From contig OZ253470.1 in NCBI GenBank assembly GCA_965261735.1, forward strand, positions 3,392,001-3,456,000: DNA of 64,000 bases, in the 5' to 3' direction. The position numbers and the translations under genes are program-made. Below the pieces are notes generated by a model. The model searched no databases. It saw only the letters and a list, made by a program, of their open reading frames with translations, and was not told the DNA's origin. This DNA comes from Alphaproteobacteria bacterium. GTDB lineage: Bacteria; Pseudomonadota; Alphaproteobacteria; SHVV01. Every line of letters begins with the position of its first letter. The stretch's first letter is position 1. Of this stretch, positions 33,014 through 43,354 are shown in pieces.

Positions 33014-33685
33014 ATGACAGTTTTTCAAATATCGCTGCGGCAAGCCATCGAGGCCTTCATCCAACAGCGCGGCATGACCCGCACCCGCTTCGGAGAGGCG
33101 GCGCTGGGCGATCCGTCCTTCGTCACCGTCTTCCGCCGCGGCCGCTCGCCGCGCCTGGATACCGCCGACCGGCTGCTGGCCTTCATGGGGCTCGAGCCCA
33201 TCGGGCCCGGCTTCCGGCGTGAAGTCGACGCGTTTCTGGCGGTTACCGGGGCCAAGTCCTCGGAACTTGGCCGGGCAGCGAGCGGCAATCCGTCCTTCGT
33301 GAGCTGGCTGCGCCGGGGAGGCGCGCCGCGGCTCGCCACCGTGGACAAGGCACGCGCCTGGATGGAGGGCGCCGCGAGCGCGGAGGAAGTCCGGGCGATC
33401 CGGGCCATGGCGTCCGGGGACGAGGAGATCCCGCAAGACACCTTCAAGGGAGACTGCGACATGGGCGACGACGCCTGGCAGTACATGGGCACGCGCGAGC
33501 TGGCGTCCTTTCTGGGCCTGAGTCCGCGCACGCTGGACCGCTACCGGGTGAGCGGCGGGGGTCCGAAGTTTCACAAGTTCGGCAACCGGGTGCGCTACGC
33601 CCGCGCCGATGTCGAGGCGTGGGCGGCGGAACGCCGCTACAGCTCGACTTCCGACGAGGGCAGTCCCGTCCGGAAGACGGCGTGA
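33014..33685 (+). CDS. Two tandem Cro-like HTH repeats fused to an excisionase/AlpA-like HTH
   Basis: IEAFI...FGEAALGDPSFV...RRGRSPRL and VDAFL...GRAASGNPSFV...RRGGAPRL, then TRELASFLGLSPRTL...GGGPKFHKFGNRVRY. Confidence 0.75.
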   Translation: MTVFQISLRQAIEAFIQQRGMTRTRFGEAALGDPSFVTVFRRGRSPRLDTADRLLAFMGLEPIGPGFRREVDAFLAVTGAKSSELGRAASGNPSFVSWLRRGGAPRLATVDKARAWMEGAASAEEVRAIRAMASGDEEIPQDTFKGDCDMGDDAWQYMGTRELASFLGLSPRTLDRYRVSGGGPKFHKFGNRVRYARADVEAWAAERRYSSTSDEGSPVRKTA

Positions 33686-33788
33686 TGGGCGGCCTCGCCG
33701 TCCCGCGGCTCAAGGCACATCGGCAATCCATGTTCACCGGTTCGCCGGACGCGGCGATCACGAACCACCTGCACGGGACACCACGCGT

Positions 33789-35405
33789 ATGACCGGTGAA
33801 CGCCTGTTTACTTTCCAGCATCCTGGTTGGCGGATCCGTTTCGCGCGATCCGGTTGTTTCGCAATATTGCTCGCCACACTTGCGGGCTGCGGCCTGGCCG
33901 AGGTCGAACACGCGAGGATGGAGACAGGGGATGTCGCGCGGCAGGTCTCGGCCCTGCGGCCGCCGCAAGCCGGCCCGCGCCTTTCCACCGTGCGCCTGAT
34001 CGAGCGGCGGCCCTATGTCGGATTGACCCGCATCGAGCCCGATCCTCGCGCCGGTCTGCCGGCGCGCTTTCGCCGCGCGGACGCGGTGACGCTGCCGCTG
34101 GCCGGGATCGGCGCGGCGGCGGTACTGATGGCACGCATCGAGGCGGCGACCGGCATCGCGGTGCGGTTTACCGGCCCCCCGCGCCGGGCAGACGATACGA
34201 CGGGCGACGATACGCCCGTGCCTCTCCTCGGCGAGGCCGGACGCGATGGGTTGTCGCCGGACGGCGGCATCTGGACCGGCCCGCTCGACGCTCTGCTCGA
34301 TTCCTGGACCGGGCCCTCCGGTTACGAGTGGCGCTACGACGCGGACCGGCAAGCGATCGAGATCGTACGCCGCCGTTCCGCGGTCTTTCATATTCATGCG
34401 CTGGCCGGCACGCAGCGCTACACCGTGTCGGCTTCGACCCAGGACAGCGCAGCCGGAGACGGCGGCGGCAACCTCACCAGCCAGACGATCTCGACCGAGA
34501 CGGATTACGACCCGTGGCCCGAGATCGAGGGCCAATTGAAAGAGCTGCTCGATCCCGGAACGCGGCTGTCGGTGGCGCCGTCGAGCGCCTCGGTGACGGT
34601 GAGCGGCACGCCCCGCGATATCGCCCGGGCGCGCGCGTACCTCGGCTATCTCAACCGCGAGGTGCTGCGGCCTGTCACCCTGTCGGTGCACGTCTATTCG
34701 GTGCGCGTCGAGCGCGAGGCGGACTACGATCTCGGCCTCAGCTTCTCCATCGCCCGGCTGCTCGGCGAGGCGCTGCGCGTCAGCGTGGGATCCAACGCGG
34801 TAGCGCTGATCAAGCCCTCTCCCGGCAACGAAAGCGGCGATACGCTGTCGGCGACGGTGAAGGCATTGAACAACGCGGGCGCGGTCTCGCGGGTGCTGTC
34901 GGCCGATATTCCGTCGCTGAACGGCAAGCCGGCGCAGTTCTTCGAGCTCTTCCAGGAAGCCTATCTGCGCGAGCTGCGCACCACGGCGGGCGAGGGCATC
35001 GCCCAGACCGAGCTCGTGCCAGGCACGGTCTCCTCGGGTTTCGCGGTGAGCTACCTGCCCCGCATCACCGGTCCCGGCGAGGTGCTGGTGCGGCTGTTCG
35101 CGAGCCTGCGCGACCGCCCGTCTTTCACCGCTTTTGCCTCGAACAGCCAGACGATCCAGCTTCCGGCCTATGCCAGCCGCGCCATTCAGGTGACGCAGAA
35201 GATCGGCCGTGGCGAGACGCTGATGGTGACCGGATTTTCCGACCGCAGCGCAAGCGCCCAGCGTTCCGGCACCTTCGACGCCGATCTGCCGCTGCCCGAC
35301 GGCGGGCGCAAGGCGTCCACGGCGCGTATCGAACAGGTGCTTCTGATAACCGCGGACATCGGCGAGCCGCTGGGCATCGCGGAAGTCCGGGGGATGGCGT
35401 TTTGA
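33789..35405 (+). CDS. pilN: PilN/BfpB-type lipoprotein secretin of a type IVb pilus
   Basis: LAGC lipobox, VTVSGTP, LNGKPA, LVPGTVSSGF, GETLMVTGF. Confidence 0.8.
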   Translation: MTGERLFTFQHPGWRIRFARSGCFAILLATLAGCGLAEVEHARMETGDVARQVSALRPPQAGPRLSTVRLIERRPYVGLTRIEPDPRAGLPARFRRADAVTLPLAGIGAAAVLMARIEAATGIAVRFTGPPRRADDTTGDDTPVPLLGEAGRDGLSPDGGIWTGPLDALLDSWTGPSGYEWRYDADRQAIEIVRRRSAVFHIHALAGTQRYTVSASTQDSAAGDGGGNLTSQTISTETDYDPWPEIEGQLKELLDPGTRLSVAPSSASVTVSGTPRDIARARAYLGYLNREVLRPVTLSVHVYSVRVEREADYDLGLSFSIARLLGEALRVSVGSNAVALIKPSPGNESGDTLSATVKALNNAGAVSRVLSADIPSLNGKPAQFFELFQEAYLRELRTTAGEGIAQTELVPGTVSSGFAVSYLPRITGPGEVLVRLFASLRDRPSFTAFASNSQTIQLPAYASRAIQVTQKIGRGETLMVTGFSDRSASAQRSGTFDADLPLPDGGRKASTARIEQVLLITADIGEPLGIAEVRGMAF

Positions 35406-36730
35406 GCACCATTCTCATTAACGGACGTCCCTTCGCGGCCGGGCTCTACTGGTTGGAGCGGGCCGGTCCGGCCACCACGGCACGCGCCGCGCGCCGCTTC
35501 GCGCGTCCCTGGTGCGTCCACCGGGCGGGTCAGACCGGCTATGCCGGCGGTTCCGAAGGCGACACCCCCGAGGGATTGCCGGCGCTGGCGTTGGCGTTGG
35601 TCGATTCGATCGAGAGCGAGTTCTGGATGGCTCTGGTCGCGAGCGATGCGGCCATGGGCGATGCAACCGATACCGGGCATTACGCGCTGATCAAGGTGCG
35701 CGACGGCGCCGTGCTCGCCGATGGCGATGAGGTTTTTACCGGCCGGGATGCCGCCGTCGAAGCTTTCACCCGCGCGCGGACGCTGGGCTGGGACCTTTAC
35801 GCGACGCCCGGCCTGCTCGCCGGCGGCGCGGACCGCGATGTCACGGACCTCGATGCTTCCAGTCTCACCGCGGCACCGGATAATGTACTGCGCCGCGTGC
35901 CGTTTACGAGAATTGGGCGCGCTCACTTGGCGCTGGCCTTGCTGTTGCCAGCCGCCGTTGCCGGTGTGTGGATCGCCTGGCTCCAGCGCGATGCGGTCCT
36001 GGACTGGATCGCCGGACCGGAACCCGTGGCCGCCGCCGCGCCGCCAACCGACCCGGATCTAGCGGTAGCGGTCGATAGCACCGCGCTGATAGAAGCCTGC
36101 CGGCGGGCATTGATCGATTATCCGCCCTGGCTGCCGGCCTGGCGGATCGAGAGCCTTGCCTGCGCCGCCCGCTTTTCCGATCCCGAACTTGCCGCGCTGC
36201 GCCCCGAACTGGCGGGCCGCGCAGTCATGCTGGCGCGCTGGCGGCTTGGCCCCGGCCACGCCGAGCCCCTGCACCGGCAACTCGCCGAGCAACATCTGTC
36301 GCGCTGGTACGCCGCGTCCGTGGTCGATGCGCGCGCCTGGGCGGTGGTGCCGCTGGCCCCCATGCTCCGCATCTCTGACCGCGCGCCGCTTTCTTTTCTT
36401 GTGTTTCGCCGTGCTGTCGACCGTGAGCTTGGCCTTCGTGGGGCGCAGATCGACTACGCACAGAGCCCGCAGGGCGGCTGGACCGCCCGGATCTCCCATC
36501 CTGGCCCGTTGTCGTACCTCGCCGATCTATTCCGCGAGGCCGCCGGCCTCGCTGGTCTCGAGATCACCGGGCTGGATCTCGGTGCTGACGGGGGATGGCG
36601 CCTGCATGGCCGCCCCGTGGCCCCGGAGGCGATGACGCGTGCGGAATTCCGTGAGCTGACAGGCGCTCCGGCACCGGCCGCGGAGCGCAATTCCGAACAG
36701 TTTCCAAACGAGGAGGCAACCCATGAATAG
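35402..36730 (+). CDS. pilO: PilO-like type IVb pilus accessory protein
   Basis: INGRPFAAGLYW start, central TM; position after pilN; TTG start overlaps the pilN stop. Confidence 0.7.
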   Translation: MSTILINGRPFAAGLYWLERAGPATTARAARRFARPWCVHRAGQTGYAGGSEGDTPEGLPALALALVDSIESEFWMALVASDAAMGDATDTGHYALIKVRDGAVLADGDEVFTGRDAAVEAFTRARTLGWDLYATPGLLAGGADRDVTDLDASSLTAAPDNVLRRVPFTRIGRAHLALALLLPAAVAGVWIAWLQRDAVLDWIAGPEPVAAAAPPTDPDLAVAVDSTALIEACRRALIDYPPWLPAWRIESLACAARFSDPELAALRPELAGRAVMLARWRLGPGHAEPLHRQLAEQHLSRWYAASVVDARAWAVVPLAPMLRISDRAPLSFLVFRRAVDRELGLRGAQIDYAQSPQGGWTARISHPGPLSYLADLFREAAGLAGLEITGLDLGADGGWRLHGRPVAPEAMTRAEFRELTGAPAPAAERNSEQFPNEEATHE

Positions 36731-38363
36731 GACATTCCGTGCAACCATGCTGGCCGGGGTCAGCCTGTGCGCGCTTCTCAGTGCCGCGCCGGCGGGCGCG
36801 CAACAATCCGCGAACGAACGTACGTACCGTCAGGAAGCGCTGGCGCATGCCCGGGCGGTGACCACGGCTTGGCGGCGCCTGGAGAGCTATGTTCTCGAGG
36901 GCTCCGCCGGCACTCCCGATCCGGATGGCGCAAGCGTCTCGGGCTGGAGCGGCGCGGTTCCGCCGGCCGGCAGCGGCTGGCTTGCCGATTGGACGCTGCG
37001 TGGCGTGCGGGCACGTTATTGCGAAGACACGCTGCTGGTCTATCTCGCGCCTGAGCGTCTCAAGGGCGTCGGCCGCGATCACCGCGCGGTCCAGACAGCG
37101 CCCCATGCCTACGCCGGCGGCGGAGCGAATGGCCAGGCGCCGGTGCTGCACTGGCTGGAAGCAGGCCGGGCCACGGGTGCTGCGGGCCGCCCTTCAGTGA
37201 CACTCCCCGCCTGCCTGTCGGATACCGCTTTCGGCGGGCCGCTGCCCTCGGGCCGCGCCGCGCTCGCCGGCACGGTGCGCGATCCCTACACCCACACCAA
37301 CGAACGTGTGAGCCGCGAACGCCGGCTCGAGGATTGTGCCGCCGGTGAGCACGGCCTGGGCCGCACAAGAATGCGCGAGGTCACCCAAACCGATGACGAA
37401 CGCGGCAACCCGGTGGGCGATCCGGTCCATGGTCCCTGGCAGCTTCTGATCGACGAATGCCGGGCCGATTACACGGCCTGGGAGAACTACACGCTGGTCT
37501 GCCACTGGGACGCCGGGCCGCCGCACAACCGGCGCATGGAAGGCCGTGAGATCTGGCGCCGCCTGAAGAGCGTGACGGCAGAGGGCGAGACGCTGGGTCC
37601 GCCCGAGTTCGTCTCGACGAGCTGCTGGACCGGCAAGGTTCCCGTGCCGCCCACGGCGGTGGTGACGGAGACCGCGCAAACCGAAGCCATGACCGATGGC
37701 TGCCCGTCCGGCTACACGGGAAGCCAGGACTACCGGCGCACCGCGACCCGGCGGGCGACCCAGTTCCCGTGGGACGCGGAGCCGGTGGTCCAGATCTCTT
37801 ACGGCCCCTGGATACTGGAAACGGACAGCTGCCAGGCCGTGATTCCGCCGGACTGGAACGATGACGGCGGCGTTGGCGATGCCGATGCCGGCGGAGACGG
37901 TGCCGGTGCGGTCGGCGAGGACTGCGATCCCTGCAGTCTGCTGGACATCGAAGCCGGTGCCGATGACTGTTTCCTCGACAGCAGCGGCGGCAATGGCGGG
38001 GACGGCGGCTGTTTCCTGACCATGGCGGTCGTCGAGCGGCGTGGTGTCGAGGCGGATGACGGGCCGACCCTGACCGCGCTGCGCCGCTTCCGCGACGGCT
38101 ACATGATGAAAACGCCCAAACGCCGGGCGCTGGTTGCCGAATATTACGAAATCGCGCCCCGTATCGCCGCCGCGATTCCCCAAGGACATTCGGACTGGGA
38201 CTGGATCGGCGGCCGCATCGACGCGGCCATCGCGGCTATCGCCGCAGGCGACGAAAACGGGGCGTTCGCGATCTATGCCGCCATGGTGCGCCGCCTCGCC
38301 ACGCGCTGGGCGGAACCGGCCAGCCGCATGGCCGTCGGCGCAAACACCACCAAAGGAACATGA
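36723..38363 (+). CDS. Secreted Cys-rich protein with a C-terminal CFI-box-like domain
   Basis: Signal peptide, CAAGEHG and CPSGYTG repeats, D/G-rich linker, GGCFLT...LRRFRD...YY. Confidence 0.7.
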   Translation: MNRTFRATMLAGVSLCALLSAAPAGAQQSANERTYRQEALAHARAVTTAWRRLESYVLEGSAGTPDPDGASVSGWSGAVPPAGSGWLADWTLRGVRARYCEDTLLVYLAPERLKGVGRDHRAVQTAPHAYAGGGANGQAPVLHWLEAGRATGAAGRPSVTLPACLSDTAFGGPLPSGRAALAGTVRDPYTHTNERVSRERRLEDCAAGEHGLGRTRMREVTQTDDERGNPVGDPVHGPWQLLIDECRADYTAWENYTLVCHWDAGPPHNRRMEGREIWRRLKSVTAEGETLGPPEFVSTSCWTGKVPVPPTAVVTETAQTEAMTDGCPSGYTGSQDYRRTATRRATQFPWDAEPVVQISYGPWILETDSCQAVIPPDWNDDGGVGDADAGGDGAGAVGEDCDPCSLLDIEAGADDCFLDSSGGNGGDGGCFLTMAVVERRGVEADDGPTLTALRRFRDGYMMKTPKRRALVAEYYEIAPRIAAAIPQGHSDWDWIGGRIDAAIAAIAAGDENGAFAIYAAMVRRLATRWAEPASRMAVGANTTKGT

Positions 38364-39595
38364 CGATGACACGGCATTCAACCTTGTCGATCGCCGCTGC
38401 CGTCATGGCGGCGGGCGGTCTCGCGGCGGGCACTCTTGGAGTGGACGGCGCTTTGGCGCAAGCCGCTCCCGGATCTCCCAATTACAGCTCCCACGGCGCC
38501 GCCTTCTTCACCGGCTTGCTCGAGGGCCGCGTCTGGATCCTGGAGCGGCCGAACTCGCGCCGCGCCGAAGACCGCAATACCGTCTGGGCGCATTACCACG
38601 GCCCGGACGGCACGCTTCGCGCCTGCGCCCATCTCGGCGGCGCCTATGCGCCCGGAACCGCGCGCTGGCGGGTGGTGCCCTCGCGCGAGTTCCGCGCGCT
38701 CTACAATTTCACCGAGCCGGGCGTGGAGCCGGATCCCGGGCAGCGGCGCGGGCACACCCCGGTCTTTTACGATCCCGCCACCGGCGTGCTGCACAACGAG
38801 GCGTTGGGAGCCGCGGCCGGTGTCTGGGCTGTGGCTTCGCGCGGTTGGGTTCAGGAAAGCTGGCCGCGGGCGATGAAGGACGCCTGCCCGGACTTGCGTT
38901 TGCCGGCGGACCTGCCGGTCAACGAGAAGCAGACCTCGACCGCGTTCGACAAGGCGATCGCCCAGGACCTGGACGCGCCGCTGCGCGGCTTTCCGGGCTC
39001 CGAACTGCGCGGACCCGGAGCCACGGGCATTGCGGCCTCGGGGGGCCATGCAACCCTGCCGGCGGCGGCACTCAAGCGCTTCCTCGAAGATAACAACGGC
39101 CAAGTGCTGATCGACAATACCGGTGCGCGCCACGTTCTGGTACTCGGTCCGGATCGCGACGAGTTGTGGCTGCTCGACGGCAGCGGCGGTACCGGCGCAA
39201 TCGCTGATACCGGCCATCTCGTCCCGGCGGCGGGCGGCGCGGAGATCGCGCTCCACTACGAGCGACTGCCGTTGCGGCCGCGTTTCCGCATCGGCGCCGC
39301 GTTGCCGCTGCTGCCCACCGGAGAGCGCTATGCCGCGATGCGTCTGACCGATTGGCTGGCGGCGCGGGGCGACCCGGTCACGCTGCCCTTCATGGATCGC
39401 GATGATTCCGCGTTCAGCTTCGGGGCGGATGGAACTCTTACCGCGTTATTGGGAGACGGCAACGGCAGTCGTGAGACGGCCGGTGCGTGGCGCTGGTCGC
39501 GCGGCGAATTGATCGTAACCCTCGACGGCGCGGCGGCGGCCAACAGCTATCCCTGGCGCGCGCTCGCCGCCCATCTCGGGTGGACGCCCGAATGA
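38360..39595 (+). CDS. Secreted hypothetical protein
   Basis: Signal peptide, RBS, ATGA overlaps on both sides; no family recognised. Confidence 0.7.
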   Translation: MTMTRHSTLSIAAAVMAAGGLAAGTLGVDGALAQAAPGSPNYSSHGAAFFTGLLEGRVWILERPNSRRAEDRNTVWAHYHGPDGTLRACAHLGGAYAPGTARWRVVPSREFRALYNFTEPGVEPDPGQRRGHTPVFYDPATGVLHNEALGAAAGVWAVASRGWVQESWPRAMKDACPDLRLPADLPVNEKQTSTAFDKAIAQDLDAPLRGFPGSELRGPGATGIAASGGHATLPAAALKRFLEDNNGQVLIDNTGARHVLVLGPDRDELWLLDGSGGTGAIADTGHLVPAAGGAEIALHYERLPLRPRFRIGAALPLLPTGERYAAMRLTDWLAARGDPVTLPFMDRDDSAFSFGADGTLTALLGDGNGSRETAGAWRWSRGELIVTLDGAAAANSYPWRALAAHLGWTPE

Positions 39596-40470
39596 CCGCC
39601 GCGGGACGTCTTCGCACTCTTGGCGCTTGCCTCGTGGCGATGGTGGTGGCATCGGGTGCATCAGCGCTGGACGCGGTTTCACCGTCCGCGCCGGGGACGC
39701 AATCCGCCGAGGCGGTGGCGGCGGGCTCCGCCGGCGTGAATTCAAAGCCGGCTCTTTCGGTCCCGCCAATGGCGCCATCCACGGGCGCTGCGAATGCCGT
39801 GGGCCGCAGCCGTCTGCTTCGCGTGCTGGACGGCGGGGCGGCCGGGCAACCGCAACCGGCAGGTCCGGGCGAAAAAGCGCGGACGCCAAACGTGCCCATT
39901 CCGAAGTCCGGCATCCCGATACCGGCGATGGCTGCATCCGTCATCGCAGGCTGTCCGCGCGATCTGCTGACCCGGCTGCTCGCGGGTGTGGCGGAAAGGC
40001 AAGACGCGCTGTCCGCCCTGGCGATCGAGCACGAGACCCTGAAGCTATGCCATGAGCGGCAGCTGATCGTGACCGGGATATTCGAGACGGAGGCGCAGTT
40101 GCGGGCGCTCCGGGCGCAGGCGGAACCGGCCGCCGCAAATCGATCCCCGGCGGTGGCTGCCACCGTTCCTTCGGTCATACCGCAATTGAACACGGTCCCT
40201 GCAAAGCTGCCGGCGCCCTCCACGACTCCTCCGAATTCGGCGAAAGCCGCGCCGGCAGCGCCGCGCTATGGCTGGTTCTCGATCGTCGGGATGGCGGGCG
40301 ATCTGCGAGCCGGTGTCACCGATGGGCGGCGGGTCTGGTTCGTGCGCGAGGGCGATCCGCTCCCCGGCGGCGTCCGGGTCGACCGGATCGCCGCGCGCCC
40401 CCCCGGCGTGCAAATCGAGGGTGCGGACGACAGTGCATTGCCTTACAGGGCCAGGCCCGGAGACGGTTGA
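39592..40470 (+). CDS. pilP: PilP-like type IVb pilus protein
   Basis: Signal peptide, Pro-rich linkers, C-terminal SIVG...LRA...VREGDPLPGG motif; precedes the ATPase. Confidence 0.6.
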   Translation: MTAAGRLRTLGACLVAMVVASGASALDAVSPSAPGTQSAEAVAAGSAGVNSKPALSVPPMAPSTGAANAVGRSRLLRVLDGGAAGQPQPAGPGEKARTPNVPIPKSGIPIPAMAASVIAGCPRDLLTRLLAGVAERQDALSALAIEHETLKLCHERQLIVTGIFETEAQLRALRAQAEPAAANRSPAVAATVPSVIPQLNTVPAKLPAPSTTPPNSAKAAPAAPRYGWFSIVGMAGDLRAGVTDGRRVWFVREGDPLPGGVRVDRIAARPPGVQIEGADDSALPYRARPGDG

Positions 40471-42146
40471 TGACCCGGCAACCGGCAAGCACCCGTCCCG
40501 ACACCACCGCCAAGACCATGGCCAAGGCCTTCGCGCGGTTTTTTGCCCGGCCCGGCAGGCGGAACGGCAACGCCGCGGCGGAGACCCCGGATACCAAGCG
40601 ATTGATCCGCGTCCCCGCGATGGACGTCCGGTTCCGGCGCATCTGCGCGGTGTTCGCCGGCGGGCGTTGCTTGATCGCGCCCGGCTACGAGGCCGACGCT
40701 CGGTTGCGCTCGGCGCTGCTGGCGCTGCGCCAAAGCGGCGCCATCCCGGTGGCGGTGGCCGAGGAAACCGCGACCCTCGAAGAGATCGCCGAATGCTGGC
40801 GGGCGGCAGGCGCCGCATCGTCGCCGGCAGCGGGCGAAGCGGCGGCTCGACGGGTCAAACGCCTGTTCGAGGATGCCGCCGCGGCTCGGGCGAGCGATGT
40901 GGTGTTCGAGACCGGCGGGGGCGCCTGTCATGTCTTCGCCATCGTCAACGACCGCAAGCTGCAGCTGGCGGAGCCGATGACGGCCGAGGAAGGCCGCGAG
41001 GCCGCGGGCTTCCTGTTCCATTGCAAGGACGAGGGGTCGTCCCAGACGAGCTACCGGCGGGGCTCGTTCCAGGGCTTCTCGATCCGCGCCGGCGGCCAGG
41101 TACCGCTGCCGGCGGGCATCTCGGCGCTGCGTTGCCAGCGTGGGCCGCACGAGCCCGACGGCGATCACCTGTTCGCGCGCATGTTCTATGCCGACCGGCT
41201 CGACGCCGGCATGACCCTGGAGCGCCTCGGCTTTTCGGCCACCGAAGCCGCGTTGTTCGCCGGGATCCGCATGGCGCCCCATGGCGGCGTCTTCATCGGC
41301 GGCACCGCGGGCGACGGCAAGTCAACCACACTGGCCGTCAATCTCGCCCTGCAGATGGCGGAGTTCGACGGCCAGCTCAATCTGGTGACCATCGAGGACC
41401 CGGTCGAATACCGCATTCCGGGCGCCGTCCAGATCGCGGTGCCGACCTCGGGCCTCGGCGATGAGCGGGCCGGGTATTTCAAGGAAGCGCTGATGCATTT
41501 CTGCCGGATCCACCCGGCCAGCGGCATGGTCTCCGAGATCCGTGACGCCGACGCGGCCCGCCAGGTGATGCAGTTCATCGATACCGGCCATCAGGTATGG
41601 ACCACGATCCACGTCCATTCGGCCAACGCCATCCTGTTCCGGCTGATCGACATGGGCGTCGGCGTGGCCGAGGTGACCAAGCCCGGCAATGTCGCGCTGC
41701 TGATGAAGCAGACCCTGTTGCCGTTGTTGTGCCCGGACTGCGCGCTCGAGCAGCACGCCGAGGGACGCGTTGCCCCGGAAAATCTGGCCGGACGCCTGCG
41801 CGGCAACGGGGCGGTGCGCTACCGCAACCCCAAGGGCTGTCCCCGGTGCCGGCGCGAGGACGGTGGTGCTGTCGCGGCCCGGGCCTGGAACGGTTACATC
41901 GAACAGACGGCGATCGCCGAGACCATCCGGCCCGATGCCGGTTATCTCGCCTTCGTACGCGACTGCGATCCACTCGGCGCCTGGGCCTACTGGCGCCAGG
42001 AGATGGGCGGCGGGCCGATCGGCGGCAAGATCTGGAAACTGGTGTCAGAGGGCGCCGTCGATCCGTTCGATGCGCTGCTCAAGGGTGCCGGTACCGAACA
42101 CGAGGCGTCGGCGAGCCTCACCGTGGTCGCGGAGGCGGTCCGATGA
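40467..42146 (+). CDS. pilQ: PilQ (GspE-family) pilus assembly ATPase
   Basis: GGTAGDGKSTT, TIEDPVEY, SEIRD, TGHQVWTTIH, CPDC...GCPRC. Confidence 0.88.
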   Translation: MMTRQPASTRPDTTAKTMAKAFARFFARPGRRNGNAAAETPDTKRLIRVPAMDVRFRRICAVFAGGRCLIAPGYEADARLRSALLALRQSGAIPVAVAEETATLEEIAECWRAAGAASSPAAGEAAARRVKRLFEDAAAARASDVVFETGGGACHVFAIVNDRKLQLAEPMTAEEGREAAGFLFHCKDEGSSQTSYRRGSFQGFSIRAGGQVPLPAGISALRCQRGPHEPDGDHLFARMFYADRLDAGMTLERLGFSATEAALFAGIRMAPHGGVFIGGTAGDGKSTTLAVNLALQMAEFDGQLNLVTIEDPVEYRIPGAVQIAVPTSGLGDERAGYFKEALMHFCRIHPASGMVSEIRDADAARQVMQFIDTGHQVWTTIHVHSANAILFRLIDMGVGVAEVTKPGNVALLMKQTLLPLLCPDCALEQHAEGRVAPENLAGRLRGNGAVRYRNPKGCPRCRREDGGAVAARAWNGYIEQTAIAETIRPDAGYLAFVRDCDPLGAWAYWRQEMGGGPIGGKIWKLVSEGAVDPFDALLKGAGTEHEASASLTVVAEAVR

Positions 42147-43210
42147 TGGACCCGTTCCGCTTGGGCGTGTTCTGGAGGCGGGCATTCGCCGCGTTGGTGC
42201 TCGGGCGCAAGGCGCGGGTGGATTGCTTCCGGACCGTCGCCGATCTGCTGGAATCGGGCTTCGAGTTGGAGCGCGCGCTCGACGTCACGGTGCGGGCGCA
42301 ACGTGGCCAGGGTCCGTCCTTACGCGCCGGCCTGCTGGAAGGTTGGCGCCGGGCGCTGATCGAGAACCGTTTCGCCGAAGCAATGGCGGCCTCCGCGCCG
42401 CCCGCCGAGGCGATGATCTTCCAGGCCTACGGGCGCATCGAGGCCGCCCTCCTGTTCGCCGCCGCGGCCCGGGTCGCCGACTTGCGCGACCGGCAGATCT
42501 CGGCGGTCCGCAAGGCGCTCGCCATGCCGCTGACGCTGGCGGGCGGGCTCGCCGTCATGCTGTGGGCGGCGGGCGGGTATTTCGTGCCGGTGCTGGAAAG
42601 CGTCGTGCCGCCCGAACGTTGGGGACCCGCCGCCGGCCTGTTCCGCGCCGCCTCGGCCTGGCTCCATGCAGAACCACTCGTATTTTTGGCCATCTGCGCC
42701 ACCGTCGTGGCCGCAATAGGCACGGCGATGGTCCATTGGACCGGTCCCGGCCGGACCGTACTCGACAGGATTGCACCCTTCTCGCTCTACCGCACGATTA
42801 CGGGCTCGGCCTTCCTGTTCGTGGCACTGGAGTTCCTCGGCGCCGGTCTCGATCTCAACGATCGCGCCTTCGAGGATCTGAAACGGCATGCCTCGCCCTA
42901 TGCGCGTCATCGCATCGGCGCGATCCAGCGCGGCATGGCCCGGGGCGCCGGTTTGGGCCGCGCCATGGCGCTGGCCGGGCACGGGTTTCCCGATCCGACC
43001 CTGGTTCCCGTCGCCGCCGCGCTCGATGGCGCGCCCGGTTGGGAAGACAAGCTCGCCCGCTTCGTCGAGCGCTGGGTGGGCCGCTCCGAAGATCTGCTCA
43101 AGTCCCGCGCGGCGGCGCTGAACGGCGCGCTCCTGATCGTCGTGACGCTGGCGATGGCGGCCGGCATCGACGCGATGTTCTCGGTGCTGCAGCAGGCTGG
43201 GCGGTCATGA
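42143..43210 (+). CDS. pilR: PilR (GspF-family) platform protein
   Basis: Three TM segments, VADLLESG, GHGFPD; lies between the ATPase and the pilin. Confidence 0.8.
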   Translation: MMDPFRLGVFWRRAFAALVLGRKARVDCFRTVADLLESGFELERALDVTVRAQRGQGPSLRAGLLEGWRRALIENRFAEAMAASAPPAEAMIFQAYGRIEAALLFAAAARVADLRDRQISAVRKALAMPLTLAGGLAVMLWAAGGYFVPVLESVVPPERWGPAAGLFRAASAWLHAEPLVFLAICATVVAAIGTAMVHWTGPGRTVLDRIAPFSLYRTITGSAFLFVALEFLGAGLDLNDRAFEDLKRHASPYARHRIGAIQRGMARGAGLGRAMALAGHGFPDPTLVPVAAALDGAPGWEDKLARFVERWVGRSEDLLKSRAAALNGALLIVVTLAMAAGIDAMFSVLQQAGRS

Positions 43211-43354
43211 GCGATGACCAAGGGAAAACGAACCAGGGTGGGCAAGCGCGGCGCTCCCCACAAGCACAGCGAACCCGGCGGCTACGGAGATGGCCATGGG
43301 AATAGCCATCGGAACTGTAAGTGGATGAAAGAGAAAGCAATGAAAGGAAGAGAG

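Noticed and set aside
33827-35401. N-terminal half of the 967-aa ORF
   Set aside because: Arg-rich shadow frame over pilN; the real gene starts at TTG 35402
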